Source of the DNA: Candidatus Limnocylindrales bacterium
GTDB taxonomy: Bacteria > Chloroflexota > Dormibacteria > CF-121
Direction of reading: 5' to 3'
DNA: 64,000 nucleotides
Assembly: GCA_035632635.1 (NCBI GenBank)
Contig: DASQGL010000074.1
Span: 4,601 to 68,600, forward strand
Every line of letters starts with the position of its first letter. Positions within the stretch are counted from its first letter, which is position 1. Under the pieces are notes generated by a model. The model did not search any database, was not told the DNA's origin, and worked only from the letters and a program-made list of their open reading frames with translations. The position numbers were made by a program, and so were the translations under genes. Positions 9,853-18,693 of this stretch are shown here, piece by piece.

Positions 9853-10554
9853 ATGACGCTCCTCGCGCGCGTCGCGCTCGAGATGCTGATCCTGGTGACC
9901 GCCCCCATCGTCGTCCTCGCGATCGGCCGTCACGGCTGGCATCGGAGCCACCTCGCCGGACATCCGGTGTTTGCGATCGTCGCGTTCAATGCCGCGCTGA
10001 TGGCGCTGATGGCGCCGCCGATCGTCCGCCTGACCGCCTCATCGACGCTCCTGCTCGGGCTGAGCCAGCTGGTGTTCCTGCTCGCCGCGATGGCGTTCTG
10101 GTGGCCGGTCTTGCGGCCGACGACGCGGGGCGGCCTGAGCCCGATGACGAAGATCGGGTATCTGTTCGTCGCCGGCGTTCCGCCGACCATCCCCGGTGTC
10201 GTGCTCGGGTTTTCGCGCGGGCTGCTCTACCCCGGGGTCCAGGCGAGCGGGGCCTTCGGACTGACGCCGCTCGAGGACCAGCAGCTCGCCGGGTTGCTGC
10301 TCTTCGCCACGGCGAAAGCGGTGCTCGTGACGCTGACCCTTTTCACGCTCTGGCGCCTGCTGGCTCAAGACGGGGAGCCGCCCGACGACTCATGGGATGA
10401 CGACACGATCGCGGCCGGGCCACCCGATACGCCCGCCTGGTTCCGCCGCCTCGACCAGGACCTGCCGCAGGAGCAGGCGGGAGCGAGGCCGATCGGCGCA
10501 CCCGGCGCGGATCGAGCGTGGGTGGGCGCCGGTCAGACGAGCGGCCAGGGGTAG
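9853..10554 (+). CDS. polytopic membrane protein (possibly cytochrome oxidase assembly CtaG-like; function tentative)
   Basis: It is about 234 aa with 5-6 predicted TM helices and a W/P-rich segment FWWPVLRP. The start lies 4 nt after the PLD stop. Confidence 0.5.
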   Translation: MTLLARVALEMLILVTAPIVVLAIGRHGWHRSHLAGHPVFAIVAFNAALMALMAPPIVRLTASSTLLLGLSQLVFLLAAMAFWWPVLRPTTRGGLSPMTKIGYLFVAGVPPTIPGVVLGFSRGLLYPGVQASGAFGLTPLEDQQLAGLLLFATAKAVLVTLTLFTLWRLLAQDGEPPDDSWDDDTIAAGPPDTPAWFRRLDQDLPQEQAGARPIGAPGADRAWVGAGQTSGQG

Positions 10555-11327
10555 GCCCAGCGCGAGCTCGGCTCCGGGTAACGGCCATCGCCCGCCACCC
10601 GTCGGGCCCGTCCCGCAAGGGCTCGGACCTCGGCGGGCGCGAGCAGCCGGGTGAGCGGCCTTGCCCAGGGGGCCTCCTGCTCGAGGTCCCGGGCCAGCCG
10701 GGCAGCGTCCTCGCGCAGCCGGGGCGGGATCTCTTCACGCGCGAACTCCCAGATCACCGTGCGAAGCTTGGGAAGCGGGTGGAACGTCAGCCCGTTGTCG
10801 ACGCCCCAGATATGGCCGTCCCCGTCGAGCAGGCAGTGCCCGCTCTTGCGGTCGGCATTGTTCACGATGCAGTCGAAAGCCGCCATCACCCGAAACGCGT
10901 CCGCGTGCGCCGCCAGCAGCGTGAAGTAGTGTTCCTGCAGATCGGCGCGGACGAACAGCTGGAGGGATCCGGGGCCGAGCGGCCCGTCGCCTCGGTAGAC
11001 GGTGGGTGGCACGATCTCCCAGCCCAGCGCGCGGTCGACCAGGTAGGCCGCGACCTCCCGCTTGCCCAGGGTGCCCGAGGGAAAGTCGCCGAGCGGGATC
11101 TCGCCGCGCATCGGTTTGTAGATTGCCAGCGTTTCCCGGTCGCCGTCCGGCGCGCAGACCTGGGCGAGATAGGTGTAGTTGGAACAGTCCGGCATCAGCC
11201 CTTTGACCGTGATCGCCCCGCGCCGCAGCAGCCGCAGCGCCGGCTGCGCATCCTCGACCGGGGTCACGCGTGGTGCCCGTTCAGCCGAGGGCAGATGCCT
11301 CCGTTGTGATCGCTCGGACCGCCGCAC
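10533..11327 (-). CDS. SCO1664-family protein (PI3/4-kinase-like, TIGR03843-like)
   Basis: It is 264 aa and matches the conserved actinobacterial/chloroflexal SCO1664 family. It lies immediately downstream of a DUF3090 gene, its usual partner. The start is uncertain because the long ORF overlaps the DUF3090 3' end by 63 nt. Confidence 0.7.
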   Translation of the reverse strand: MRRSERSQRRHLPSAERAPRVTPVEDAQPALRLLRRGAITVKGLMPDCSNYTYLAQVCAPDGDRETLAIYKPMRGEIPLGDFPSGTLGKREVAAYLVDRALGWEIVPPTVYRGDGPLGPGSLQLFVRADLQEHYFTLLAAHADAFRVMAAFDCIVNNADRKSGHCLLDGDGHIWGVDNGLTFHPLPKLRTVIWEFAREEIPPRLREDAARLARDLEQEAPWARPLTRLLAPAEVRALAGRARRVAGDGRYPEPSSRWAYPWPLV

Positions 11328-11761
11328 ATGGGACAGGGCGGTCTGCCGGCTGCCACCACGGCGATCGCGTGCTGCGCCAGGGCCTGCATCTGGCCGGCCT
11401 CGGCCAGGAACCTGCCGGTGGCCGGCTCGTCCCCCTCGGCCGTCAGCTCGACGAGGGTGACCTCGAAGAGGCGGTCGGCCTCGTCATAGGCCAGGGTCAT
11501 GGAGCCGATCCGCCAGGCCTCGTGAAGGGGCTCCTCCAGGGCGAGGTCGCCGATCAGCGCGCCCTCCGGCACCGACACGGTGGAGAGCAGCTGTTGCAGC
11601 CGATCGGCGAGCAGCTGGAGCTGCTGCTTCTCCATCGCCAGGCTGACGAGCTGCGTGCCCGCCCGCACCTGCAGGAAGAAGCTGCGCTTGCCCGGCGTGC
11701 CCACCGCGCCGGCCGTGACCCGGGTGACCCGCTCGAACTCGAAGCTCTGGGATGGCATCAC
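11264..11761 (-). CDS. DUF3090 family protein (TIGR03847-like) with C-terminal zinc ribbon
   Basis: The N-terminus FEFERVTRVTAGAVGTPGKRSFFLQVR and the C-terminal CPMCGGPSDHNGGICPRLNGH are characteristic of DUF3090. Confidence 0.75.
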   Translation of the reverse strand: MMPSQSFEFERVTRVTAGAVGTPGKRSFFLQVRAGTQLVSLAMEKQQLQLLADRLQQLLSTVSVPEGALIGDLALEEPLHEAWRIGSMTLAYDEADRLFEVTLVELTAEGDEPATGRFLAEAGQMQALAQHAIAVVAAGRPPCPMCGGPSDHNGGICPRLNGHHA

Positions 11762-11960
11762 CCCATTCTCCCCCGAAAAAAGTGCCCGCCGCTCGGGGGA
11801 GAGCGGCGGGCCGACGGGGGAGGGGGCGGAGGGGATCTCCGCTCCCTCCAGTTTGCGCAGACCGCGTCCGGCGGCGCCATCGGGCCAGCACCTGATAGCC
11901 CCCTAACGGCGCCCGACCTGCGTCACCCGATCGTGCCGGATCGCCTGCCTAGAATGAGTT

Positions 11961-12983
11961 GTGAGCTCGGTCCTGGATCCCCGTCGGTGGCATCGCGCCC
12001 TCACGACGTTTCAGAAAGTGGCGATCGCGAACAGCGCGATCATCATCGTGGGGGCGGTCGGCGGGCCCCTGATCGTCCTGAACGTCTCCGGTCAACGCCT
12101 CCCCTACCTCCTCCTCTTCCTGGCCGCCGGACTGCTCGCGATCCTGCTCGTGAACTTCGTGATCCTGCGGCTGGCGTTCCGGCCGCTGCGCGAGCTGGAG
12201 TCGACGATGACCCGGGTCCAACCGGGCCTGCAGGAGCAGCGTGCGCCGGACAACTTCGACGATCCGGACGTCCGGCGGATGGCCCAGGTCTTCAATTCCA
12301 TGCTGGACCGGCTCGAGCACGAGCGGCATGACGCGGCCCAGCGGGTGCTGCAGGCGCAGGAACGAGAGCGCCAGCGCGTCGCGCGGGAGCTCCACGATCA
12401 GACCGGCCAGGCGCTCACCCACGAGATCATCAGCCTGGATCTGCTCCGCGAGCGGACGACCGACCCCAAGGCGCGGCAGCAGCTCGAGGCGGTCAAGCGC
12501 ACGCTCGAGGAGACGCTGGAGGAGGTGCACCGCATGGCGCAGGACCTGCGGCCCTCCGTGCTCGACGACCTCGGGCTGGTTCCGGCGCTGCGCACCCTCG
12601 CCCGGCAGCGGAGCGGCCCGCGGGTCCGCCTGCAGACCGATGGCGTCCGCGATCGCTTCCCGGCCCCGATCGAGACCGCTCTCTACCGGATCGCCCAGGA
12701 GGCGGTGACGAACGCGAACAAGTACGCCCGGGCGTCCACGATCGAGATCGACCTCCGCTGCCGGAACGGCGGCCGCGTCGAACTCCGGGTTCGCGACGAT
12801 GGCATCGGATTCGACCCGGCGACGATCCCGGATCACCAGGCGCCGGGCCGGGCCGGACTGGGCCTGTTCGGCATGCGCGAGCGGGCCGCCCTCCTGCACG
12901 GCAGCGTCGAGGTGCGTTCCGCGCCGAACCGGGGGACGGAGGTGGTGGCCGAGCTTCCCCTGAGCGAGGTCGATGGTTACTGA
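11961..12983 (+). CDS. sensor histidine kinase (HisKA_3/NarL-type partner)
   Basis: It has two N-terminal TM segments, an H-box ELHDQTGQAL, and a HATPase_c region DDGIGFD...GLGLFGMRER. Confidence 0.8.
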   Translation: MSSVLDPRRWHRALTTFQKVAIANSAIIIVGAVGGPLIVLNVSGQRLPYLLLFLAAGLLAILLVNFVILRLAFRPLRELESTMTRVQPGLQEQRAPDNFDDPDVRRMAQVFNSMLDRLEHERHDAAQRVLQAQERERQRVARELHDQTGQALTHEIISLDLLRERTTDPKARQQLEAVKRTLEETLEEVHRMAQDLRPSVLDDLGLVPALRTLARQRSGPRVRLQTDGVRDRFPAPIETALYRIAQEAVTNANKYARASTIEIDLRCRNGGRVELRVRDDGIGFDPATIPDHQAPGRAGLGLFGMRERAALLHGSVEVRSAPNRGTEVVAELPLSEVDGY

Positions 12984-13635
12984 GCGGCGTCCCATCCGCG
13001 TCATGCTCGTCGAGGATCACAACCTCGTCCGGGCAGGCATTCGCGCGGTCATCGATGGGCAGAGCGACATCCAGGTGATCGCGGAGGCGACCGATGGGCG
13101 CGAGGCGGTTCACCTCGCCCGCCAGCGCTGCCCGGATGTCGCCGTGGTCGACGTCGCGATGCCCGGGATGTCCGGGATCGAGGCAACCCGGGAGATCCGC
13201 CGCCTGTGCCCGCAGGCGCAGGTCCTGATCCTCACGGCTCACGACAACGAGGAATATTTCTTCCAGACTCTCAAGGCGGGCGCCGTCGGCTACGTCTTGA
13301 AGAAGGCGGCCGCCAGCGACCTGATCGCCGCGATCGAGGCCGCCAGCCGCGGGGAGCCGTACCTGTACCCGTCCGTGGCGCGCCTGCTCGTCTCCGATTA
13401 CCTGCAGCGCGCGCCCGGGCGCGATACCTACGAGCCGCTCAGCGACCGCGAGCGGGAGGTGCTGCGGCTGGTCGCCGAGGGTCGGACGAACCGCCAGATC
13501 GCGGACACGCTGTTCCTGAGCATCAAGACGGTGCAGACCCACCGGGATCACATCATGAAGAAGCTCCGCATGCACGATCGCACCGAGCTCGTCAAGTACG
13601 CCATCCGCAAGGGGCTGATCGAAGCCGACGGATGA
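12973..13635 (+). CDS. LuxR/NarL-family response regulator
   Basis: It has a REC domain (VMLVEDH...D...) and a C-terminal LuxR HTH (LSDREREVLRLVAEGRTNRQIA). The start overlaps the kinase stop. Confidence 0.85.
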   Translation: MVTERRPIRVMLVEDHNLVRAGIRAVIDGQSDIQVIAEATDGREAVHLARQRCPDVAVVDVAMPGMSGIEATREIRRLCPQAQVLILTAHDNEEYFFQTLKAGAVGYVLKKAAASDLIAAIEAASRGEPYLYPSVARLLVSDYLQRAPGRDTYEPLSDREREVLRLVAEGRTNRQIADTLFLSIKTVQTHRDHIMKKLRMHDRTELVKYAIRKGLIEADG

Positions 13636-14645
13636 AGCTCGGGCTCTTCCTCCCGACCGAGACCGGTGTCGACCTGCCCGCGATGATCGCGCTCGCCCGT
13701 CGCGCGGAAGATCTCGGATATGACTCGGCCTGGGTGCCAGAAGCCTACGGCACGGATGCCGTCTCGATCCTGGGGGCGCTGGCCGCCACTACCTCAGGGA
13801 TAGGGCTGGGGACGGGCATCGTCAATGTCTTCAGTCGTACGCCGGCGCTGTTGGCGCAGACCGCCACCACGCTCGACCAGCTCTCCGGGGGACGGTTTCG
13901 CCTCGGGCTCGGGACCTCCGGTCACCAGGTGATCGCCGGCTGGCACGGCATGGCCTACGAGCACGCGGTGCGGCGCCTGCGCGAGGCGATCGAGATCGTG
14001 CGCACGGTCATGCGTCGGGATGCCGTTCGATACGAGGGCGAGATCTTCCATCTGGGCCAGGGCATCAAGCTGATGACCCATCCGATCCGCCCCAGGGTGC
14101 CCATCTATCTCGCCACGCTGACCCCGGCCGGCCTGCGCCTGACCGGCGAGCTGGCCGACGGCTGGATGCCGACCGTCTTCTCGCCCGATCACCTGGCGCT
14201 GTTCCGCTCGGACCTCGAGGCCGGGGCGCGGCTGCGGGGCGGGGGACTGGAGGGTCTCGACCTCGCCCCCAGCGTCCCGGTGGCGATCGACGACGATCGG
14301 TCCCGGGCTCGGGACGCCCTCCGGCCCTGGACGGCGCTCTACGTCGGGGGAATGGGCTCTCACGCCCGCAACTTCTACAACCAGACCGTCCGGCGCTACG
14401 GCTTCGAGCGAGAGGCCCTCGAGATCCAGCAGCTGTACCTGGGAGGCAAGAAGCTCGAGGCGATCGCGCGCGTGCCGGACGCGCTCGTCGACGCGATCGC
14501 GATCGCCGGCCCGCCGGGCTACGTGCGAGAGCGCCTGCAGGCGTATCGGGCCGTGGGCGTGACGAGCCTCCTGGCCCGCGTCCACGCGAAGGATCAGGCC
14601 GGCGCGTTGCGCGCCGTCGAGCTGCTGGCCGGGGCCAACCGCTAG
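13632..14645 (+). CDS. LLM-class F420-dependent oxidoreductase
   Basis: ATG 13632 overlaps the response-regulator TGA (ATGA). It is 338 aa and luciferase-like (GYDSAWVPE..., FRLGLGTSG). Confidence 0.8.
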   Translation: MKLGLFLPTETGVDLPAMIALARRAEDLGYDSAWVPEAYGTDAVSILGALAATTSGIGLGTGIVNVFSRTPALLAQTATTLDQLSGGRFRLGLGTSGHQVIAGWHGMAYEHAVRRLREAIEIVRTVMRRDAVRYEGEIFHLGQGIKLMTHPIRPRVPIYLATLTPAGLRLTGELADGWMPTVFSPDHLALFRSDLEAGARLRGGGLEGLDLAPSVPVAIDDDRSRARDALRPWTALYVGGMGSHARNFYNQTVRRYGFEREALEIQQLYLGGKKLEAIARVPDALVDAIAIAGPPGYVRERLQAYRAVGVTSLLARVHAKDQAGALRAVELLAGANR

Positions 14646-16057
14646 CCGGCGGCGGGTCCGGCGCCCAGTCCTGGCTCGGTCATGCGGGCCGGCTGCAGGA
14701 GGCGGTCGAGCTCGTCAGGCCGGAGCCCCGCACGCTCCGCCGCCACCTCGCGGATCGTCCGCCCGCTGCTCAGGGCTTCCTTGGCAATCGCGGCGGCGCG
14801 ATCGTACCCGATGGCGGGGGCGAGCGCGGTCGCCAGCATCAGGCCGCGCTCGACCATCTCCGGCCCGTGCTCGGTGGCGCGCAACCCACTCACGCACTGC
14901 TCCGCGAAGTTCTGCGCCGAGCGGGCCAGCAGGCTGATCGAGTGCAGGAGGTTGTAAGCGGCCACCGGCATCATCAGGTTCAGCTCGAAGATGCTGCCCG
15001 ACTGGGCCGCGATCGTGATGGTCAGGTCGTTGCCCAGCACCTGTGCGACGGCCATGGTCAGGGACTCGACGATGACCGGGTTCACCTTGCCGGGCATGAT
15101 CGAGCTGCCTGGCTGGACCTCGGGCAGCTTGAGCTCGCCGAGCCCGGCGCGCGGACCGGATCCCAGCCAGCGGATGTCGTTTCCGATCTTGTACAGGCTG
15201 ACCGCGATGGTGCGCAGCGCCCCGGCAGCCGCCAGCACCGAGTCGAGCGTGGCCTGCGCCTGGAAGTGATTGTCCGTCTCTTTCAAGGTGGCCCCCGTGC
15301 GGCGGGACAGGTGCGCCGCCACACGCCGGGCGAACTCCGGGTGCGCGTTGATGCCGGTGCCCACGGCCGTGCCGCCGAGGGGGAGCTCGGACAGCTCGAA
15401 GACGGCCGCCTGGGCACGGCGAATGCCTCGCACGAGCTGGCCGGCATAGCCCAGGAACTCCTGCCCCAGCCTGATGGGGGTGGCGTCCTGGAGGTGCGTC
15501 CGCCCGGTCTTGATCACCGGCATGAACTCGTCCGCCTTGGTGCGCAGCGCGCCGCCGAGCAGGTCCAGCGCCGGGATCAGGTCTTCAGTGATGGCGACCA
15601 GCGCCGAGAGCTGGATCGCCGTCGGGATGACGTCGTTGCTCGACTGGCAGAGGTTCACATGGTCGTTGGGATGCACCGGGCTCCGCGAGCCACGCTTGCT
15701 CCCGAGGATCTCGTTGGCTCGATTGGCGATGACCTCGTTCGCGTTCATGTTCGTCGAGGTCGCCGATCCCGTCTGAAAGACGTCGACCACGAACTGATCG
15801 TCGAACTGCCCGCCTTCGATCTCCTCGCAGGCCTGGACGATCGCGCCGCTCAGCCGCGCGTCCAGCAGGCCGAGCTCGGCATTGACGATCGCGGCGGCAC
15901 CCTTGATCTGGGCGAGCGATCGGATGAACCGGCGCGGCAGGCGCAGATCGCTGATGGGAAAGTTGCGCCGGGCGCGCTCCGTGCTGGCGCCATAATAGGC
16001 CGCTTCCGGAACGGCGAGCTCGCCCATCGAGTCCCGCTCCATCCGTTCCCCTCCCAT
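14642..16057 (-). CDS. class II fumarate hydratase / aspartate ammonia-lyase family enzyme (fumC-like)
   Basis: It carries the GSSIMPGKVNP signature, KTGRTHLQDATP and QSSNDVIPTA. The likely start is at MERDSMGEL (~16042). Confidence 0.85.
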   Translation of the reverse strand: MGGERMERDSMGELAVPEAAYYGASTERARRNFPISDLRLPRRFIRSLAQIKGAAAIVNAELGLLDARLSGAIVQACEEIEGGQFDDQFVVDVFQTGSATSTNMNANEVIANRANEILGSKRGSRSPVHPNDHVNLCQSSNDVIPTAIQLSALVAITEDLIPALDLLGGALRTKADEFMPVIKTGRTHLQDATPIRLGQEFLGYAGQLVRGIRRAQAAVFELSELPLGGTAVGTGINAHPEFARRVAAHLSRRTGATLKETDNHFQAQATLDSVLAAAGALRTIAVSLYKIGNDIRWLGSGPRAGLGELKLPEVQPGSSIMPGKVNPVIVESLTMAVAQVLGNDLTITIAAQSGSIFELNLMMPVAAYNLLHSISLLARSAQNFAEQCVSGLRATEHGPEMVERGLMLATALAPAIGYDRAAAIAKEALSSGRTIREVAAERAGLRPDELDRLLQPARMTEPGLGAGPAAG

Positions 16058-16108
16058 GCGTGGTCATCGTAACAAGCGGGCTCCCGGCGATCCCGTATCC
16101 TGTTCGCG

Positions 16109-16552
16109 ATGCAGGGGCGCGTCGCCGCCATTCAGGTCTGTCCGGGTCACCGCGAGCCCATGCGCGGCGTGAGCGTGGCGGAGTTGGACGCCGGGATGGG
16201 CCTGCGCGGCGACACGCACGCGAAGCCGGCCTCGAAGCGGCAGGTGCTGCTCGCGGACAAGGAAGCCCTGGACGCGCTCGGACTCCTGGCGGGCACGATC
16301 AAGGAGAACATCACGGTCGAGGGGGTCGACGTCATGCGGCTGTCCCCGGGCACCCGCCTGCGGCTCGGCGCGGCCGCGATGCTCGAGGTCACGACGGTGT
16401 GCGAGCCGTGTTTCCGCATGGACGAGATTCGCGCCGGCCTGCGCGCCGAGCTGGAGGGCCGGCGGGGCATGAACACGGTCGTGATCGAAGGAGGCCGGGT
16501 CGCGGTGGGTGATCGGGTGACCGTGCTCGAGCCCGGCCCGCTCTCCCCCTGA
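16109..16552 (+). CDS. MOSC domain protein (YiiM-like)
   Basis: It is 147 aa. The MOSC beta-barrel region is typical of the MoCo-sulfurase C-terminal domain family. Confidence 0.7.
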   Translation: MQGRVAAIQVCPGHREPMRGVSVAELDAGMGLRGDTHAKPASKRQVLLADKEALDALGLLAGTIKENITVEGVDVMRLSPGTRLRLGAAAMLEVTTVCEPCFRMDEIRAGLRAELEGRRGMNTVVIEGGRVAVGDRVTVLEPGPLSP

Positions 16553-16554
16553 CC

Positions 16555-17409
16555 GTGCCGGTCAGGGCGATCGATCTCCACGTCCACCTGCCCATGCAGG
16601 AATGGCTGGAGGGCAGCATGGGGCCGTACCGGGAGCCCGCTGAACGCTACTTCCGCACGCAGGTGCACGTCAAGACGGCCGACGAGCTCGCCGTCGAGTA
16701 CGCGCAGGAGGGGGTCTTCGGCATCCTCCTCGGCTGGGACGCCGAGACGGCGACCAGGCGGCCGCCGGTGAGCAACGACCTCGTGAGCGGCATCGTGAAG
16801 CGGCACCCACGCCGGTTCGCCTTCTTCGCCGGCGTCGACCCATGGAAGGGAGCGAGCGCCGTACGTGAGCTGGAGCGCTCGGTCAGGGAACTGGGCGCGA
16901 TCGGGGCCAAGTTCCATCCTTCGATGCAGGATTTCTTTCCCAGTGACGAGCGGCACTTCCCGCTCTGGGAGAAGGCGTCCGAGCTGCAGATCCCCTGTCT
17001 CTTCCACACGGGAACGAGCGGCATCGGCGCCGGCACGCCGGGCGGTCAGGGCATCCGCCTCGACCCCTCACGGCCGATCCACCTCGATGCGGTGGCCGCC
17101 CGCTTCCCCGACTTGCGCATCATTGCCGCCCATTTCGGCTGGCCCTGGCATCAGGAGCTGATCGCCATGGCGATCCACAAGCGGAACATCTACGTCGAGC
17201 TGTCCGGGTGGTCGCCGCGCTATTACCCCCCGGAGCTGGTGCGGGAGATCGGCGGCCGGCTCCAGGACCAGGCGCTCTTCGGCAGCGACTATCCGTTCAT
17301 CAAGCCGGCGCGCGTTCTCGAGGAGCTGGACGCGATCGGGCTGAGAGCCGAACCGAAGGTCAAGATCCTGCGCGAGAACGCTGCCAGGCTGCTCCGGCTG
17401 GAAGTGTGA
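16555..17409 (+). CDS. amidohydrolase-2 family (TIM-barrel metal-dependent hydrolase/decarboxylase)
   Basis: A GTG start lies 2 nt after the MOSC stop. The motifs IDLHVH (N-terminus) and HFGWPW are present. Confidence 0.75.
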   Translation: MPVRAIDLHVHLPMQEWLEGSMGPYREPAERYFRTQVHVKTADELAVEYAQEGVFGILLGWDAETATRRPPVSNDLVSGIVKRHPRRFAFFAGVDPWKGASAVRELERSVRELGAIGAKFHPSMQDFFPSDERHFPLWEKASELQIPCLFHTGTSGIGAGTPGGQGIRLDPSRPIHLDAVAARFPDLRIIAAHFGWPWHQELIAMAIHKRNIYVELSGWSPRYYPPELVREIGGRLQDQALFGSDYPFIKPARVLEELDAIGLRAEPKVKILRENAARLLRLEV

Positions 17410-18683
17410 AGCTGCCCCGCGGCTATCCGCGCTACGTCCTCGGGGTGATGGTCGCGATCACCTTCTTGAACTACGTCGACCGCTACGTGCTGCCGGCCGT
17501 GGCCATCCCCATCGAGCGTGAGTTCCACCTCAACGACGCGCAATTCGGCGCCCTGACCACCGCCTTCCTGCTCGTCTACGCGATCGCGGCCGTCCCGTTC
17601 GGGATCTGGGGCGACCGCGGGATTCGCCGGACGGTCATCGGCGTCGGGGTGACGATCTGGAGCGTCGCGACCCTGTTTACCGGGCTGGCCCGCAGCTTCG
17701 CTCAGCTGTTTGCGGCCCGCGCCCTGCTCGGCATCGGGGAGGCGGGCTACTTCCCGGCCGGGACCTCGCTGCTGGCCGACTACTTTCCGCCCTTGAGCCG
17801 CGGCCGGGCGATGTCGGTCTGGAGCGCGGGCAGTTTCCTGGGGATCGCGATCGGTTTCGCCGGGGGAGGCATCATCGCCAGCCGCTACGGGTGGCGCGTC
17901 GCCTTCTACCTGACCGCCATCCCGGGGCTGATCTGCGGGTTGCTGGCATTCCGGCTTCGGGAGCCGGTTCGCGGGGCGGCGGAGGCCAGCGGTCGTCAGG
18001 CGCAACCGATTGCCAGCGTGACCTTCGCCCATTTCCGGGCGCTGGCGACGATCCGCACGCTCCGGGCCACGATCGCGGCCGAGACCATCCTGTTCTTCGT
18101 CCTGGCCGGGGCGGCGGCCTGGCTGCCGACCTACCTCGGCCGCTCCTTCAACCTGGGAACCGCGGGGGCCGGGACCCTTGCGGGCGGCATCCTGGTCGTG
18201 GGCGGCCTGATCGGATGCCTGGCGGGCGGCGCGATCGCCGATCGGCGCGTCCGCCGGGTCGGCGCCCGGGGCAACCTCGAAGTCGGGCTCGCCGGGTTCG
18301 TGCTGGGCGCCGTCTTCGTGGTCATCGCGCTCGTCGCCTCATCGCTGGCGGTCTTCGTTCCCGCCCTGCTGGTGGGGGTCGTCGCGCTCTCCCTCTATAA
18401 CGGGCCCTACACCGCCATCAAGCAGGACGTCGTGGTGCCAACGCTGCGGGCCAGCGCGATCACCCTGGCCCTGCTCGTCGAGCATCTGCTGGGCGACTCG
18501 TATTCCCCGTTCGCGATCGGCCTGGTGTCGGACAGCCTGGGTAGCCTCCGGCTCGCGCTCATCCTGCTCCTGCCGCCGATGCTGCTGCTGGCCGCGGTGG
18601 CGGCGTCCTTCGGCCTGCGCTCCGCCGACCTCGATGCCGTCGCCATGGAGGCGCGTTGGGCTCGGGCGGAGCCGGTCGCCTGA
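17406..18683 (+). CDS. MFS transporter
   Basis: A GTG start overlaps the upstream TGA (GTGA). The protein has 12 TMs and an MFS motif-A-like GDRGIRR. Confidence 0.75.
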   Translation: MKLPRGYPRYVLGVMVAITFLNYVDRYVLPAVAIPIEREFHLNDAQFGALTTAFLLVYAIAAVPFGIWGDRGIRRTVIGVGVTIWSVATLFTGLARSFAQLFAARALLGIGEAGYFPAGTSLLADYFPPLSRGRAMSVWSAGSFLGIAIGFAGGGIIASRYGWRVAFYLTAIPGLICGLLAFRLREPVRGAAEASGRQAQPIASVTFAHFRALATIRTLRATIAAETILFFVLAGAAAWLPTYLGRSFNLGTAGAGTLAGGILVVGGLIGCLAGGAIADRRVRRVGARGNLEVGLAGFVLGAVFVVIALVASSLAVFVPALLVGVVALSLYNGPYTAIKQDVVVPTLRASAITLALLVEHLLGDSYSPFAIGLVSDSLGSLRLALILLLPPMLLLAAVAASFGLRSADLDAVAMEARWARAEPVA

Positions 18684-18693
18684 GCCTGGCCAG

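Noticed and set aside
14642-16057. Specific call of aspartate ammonia-lyase (aspA)
   Set aside because: PNDHVN resembles aspartase, but QSSNDVIPTA and the overall N-terminus resemble FumC. The two cannot be separated by eye; I reported the gene as fumC-like at family level.
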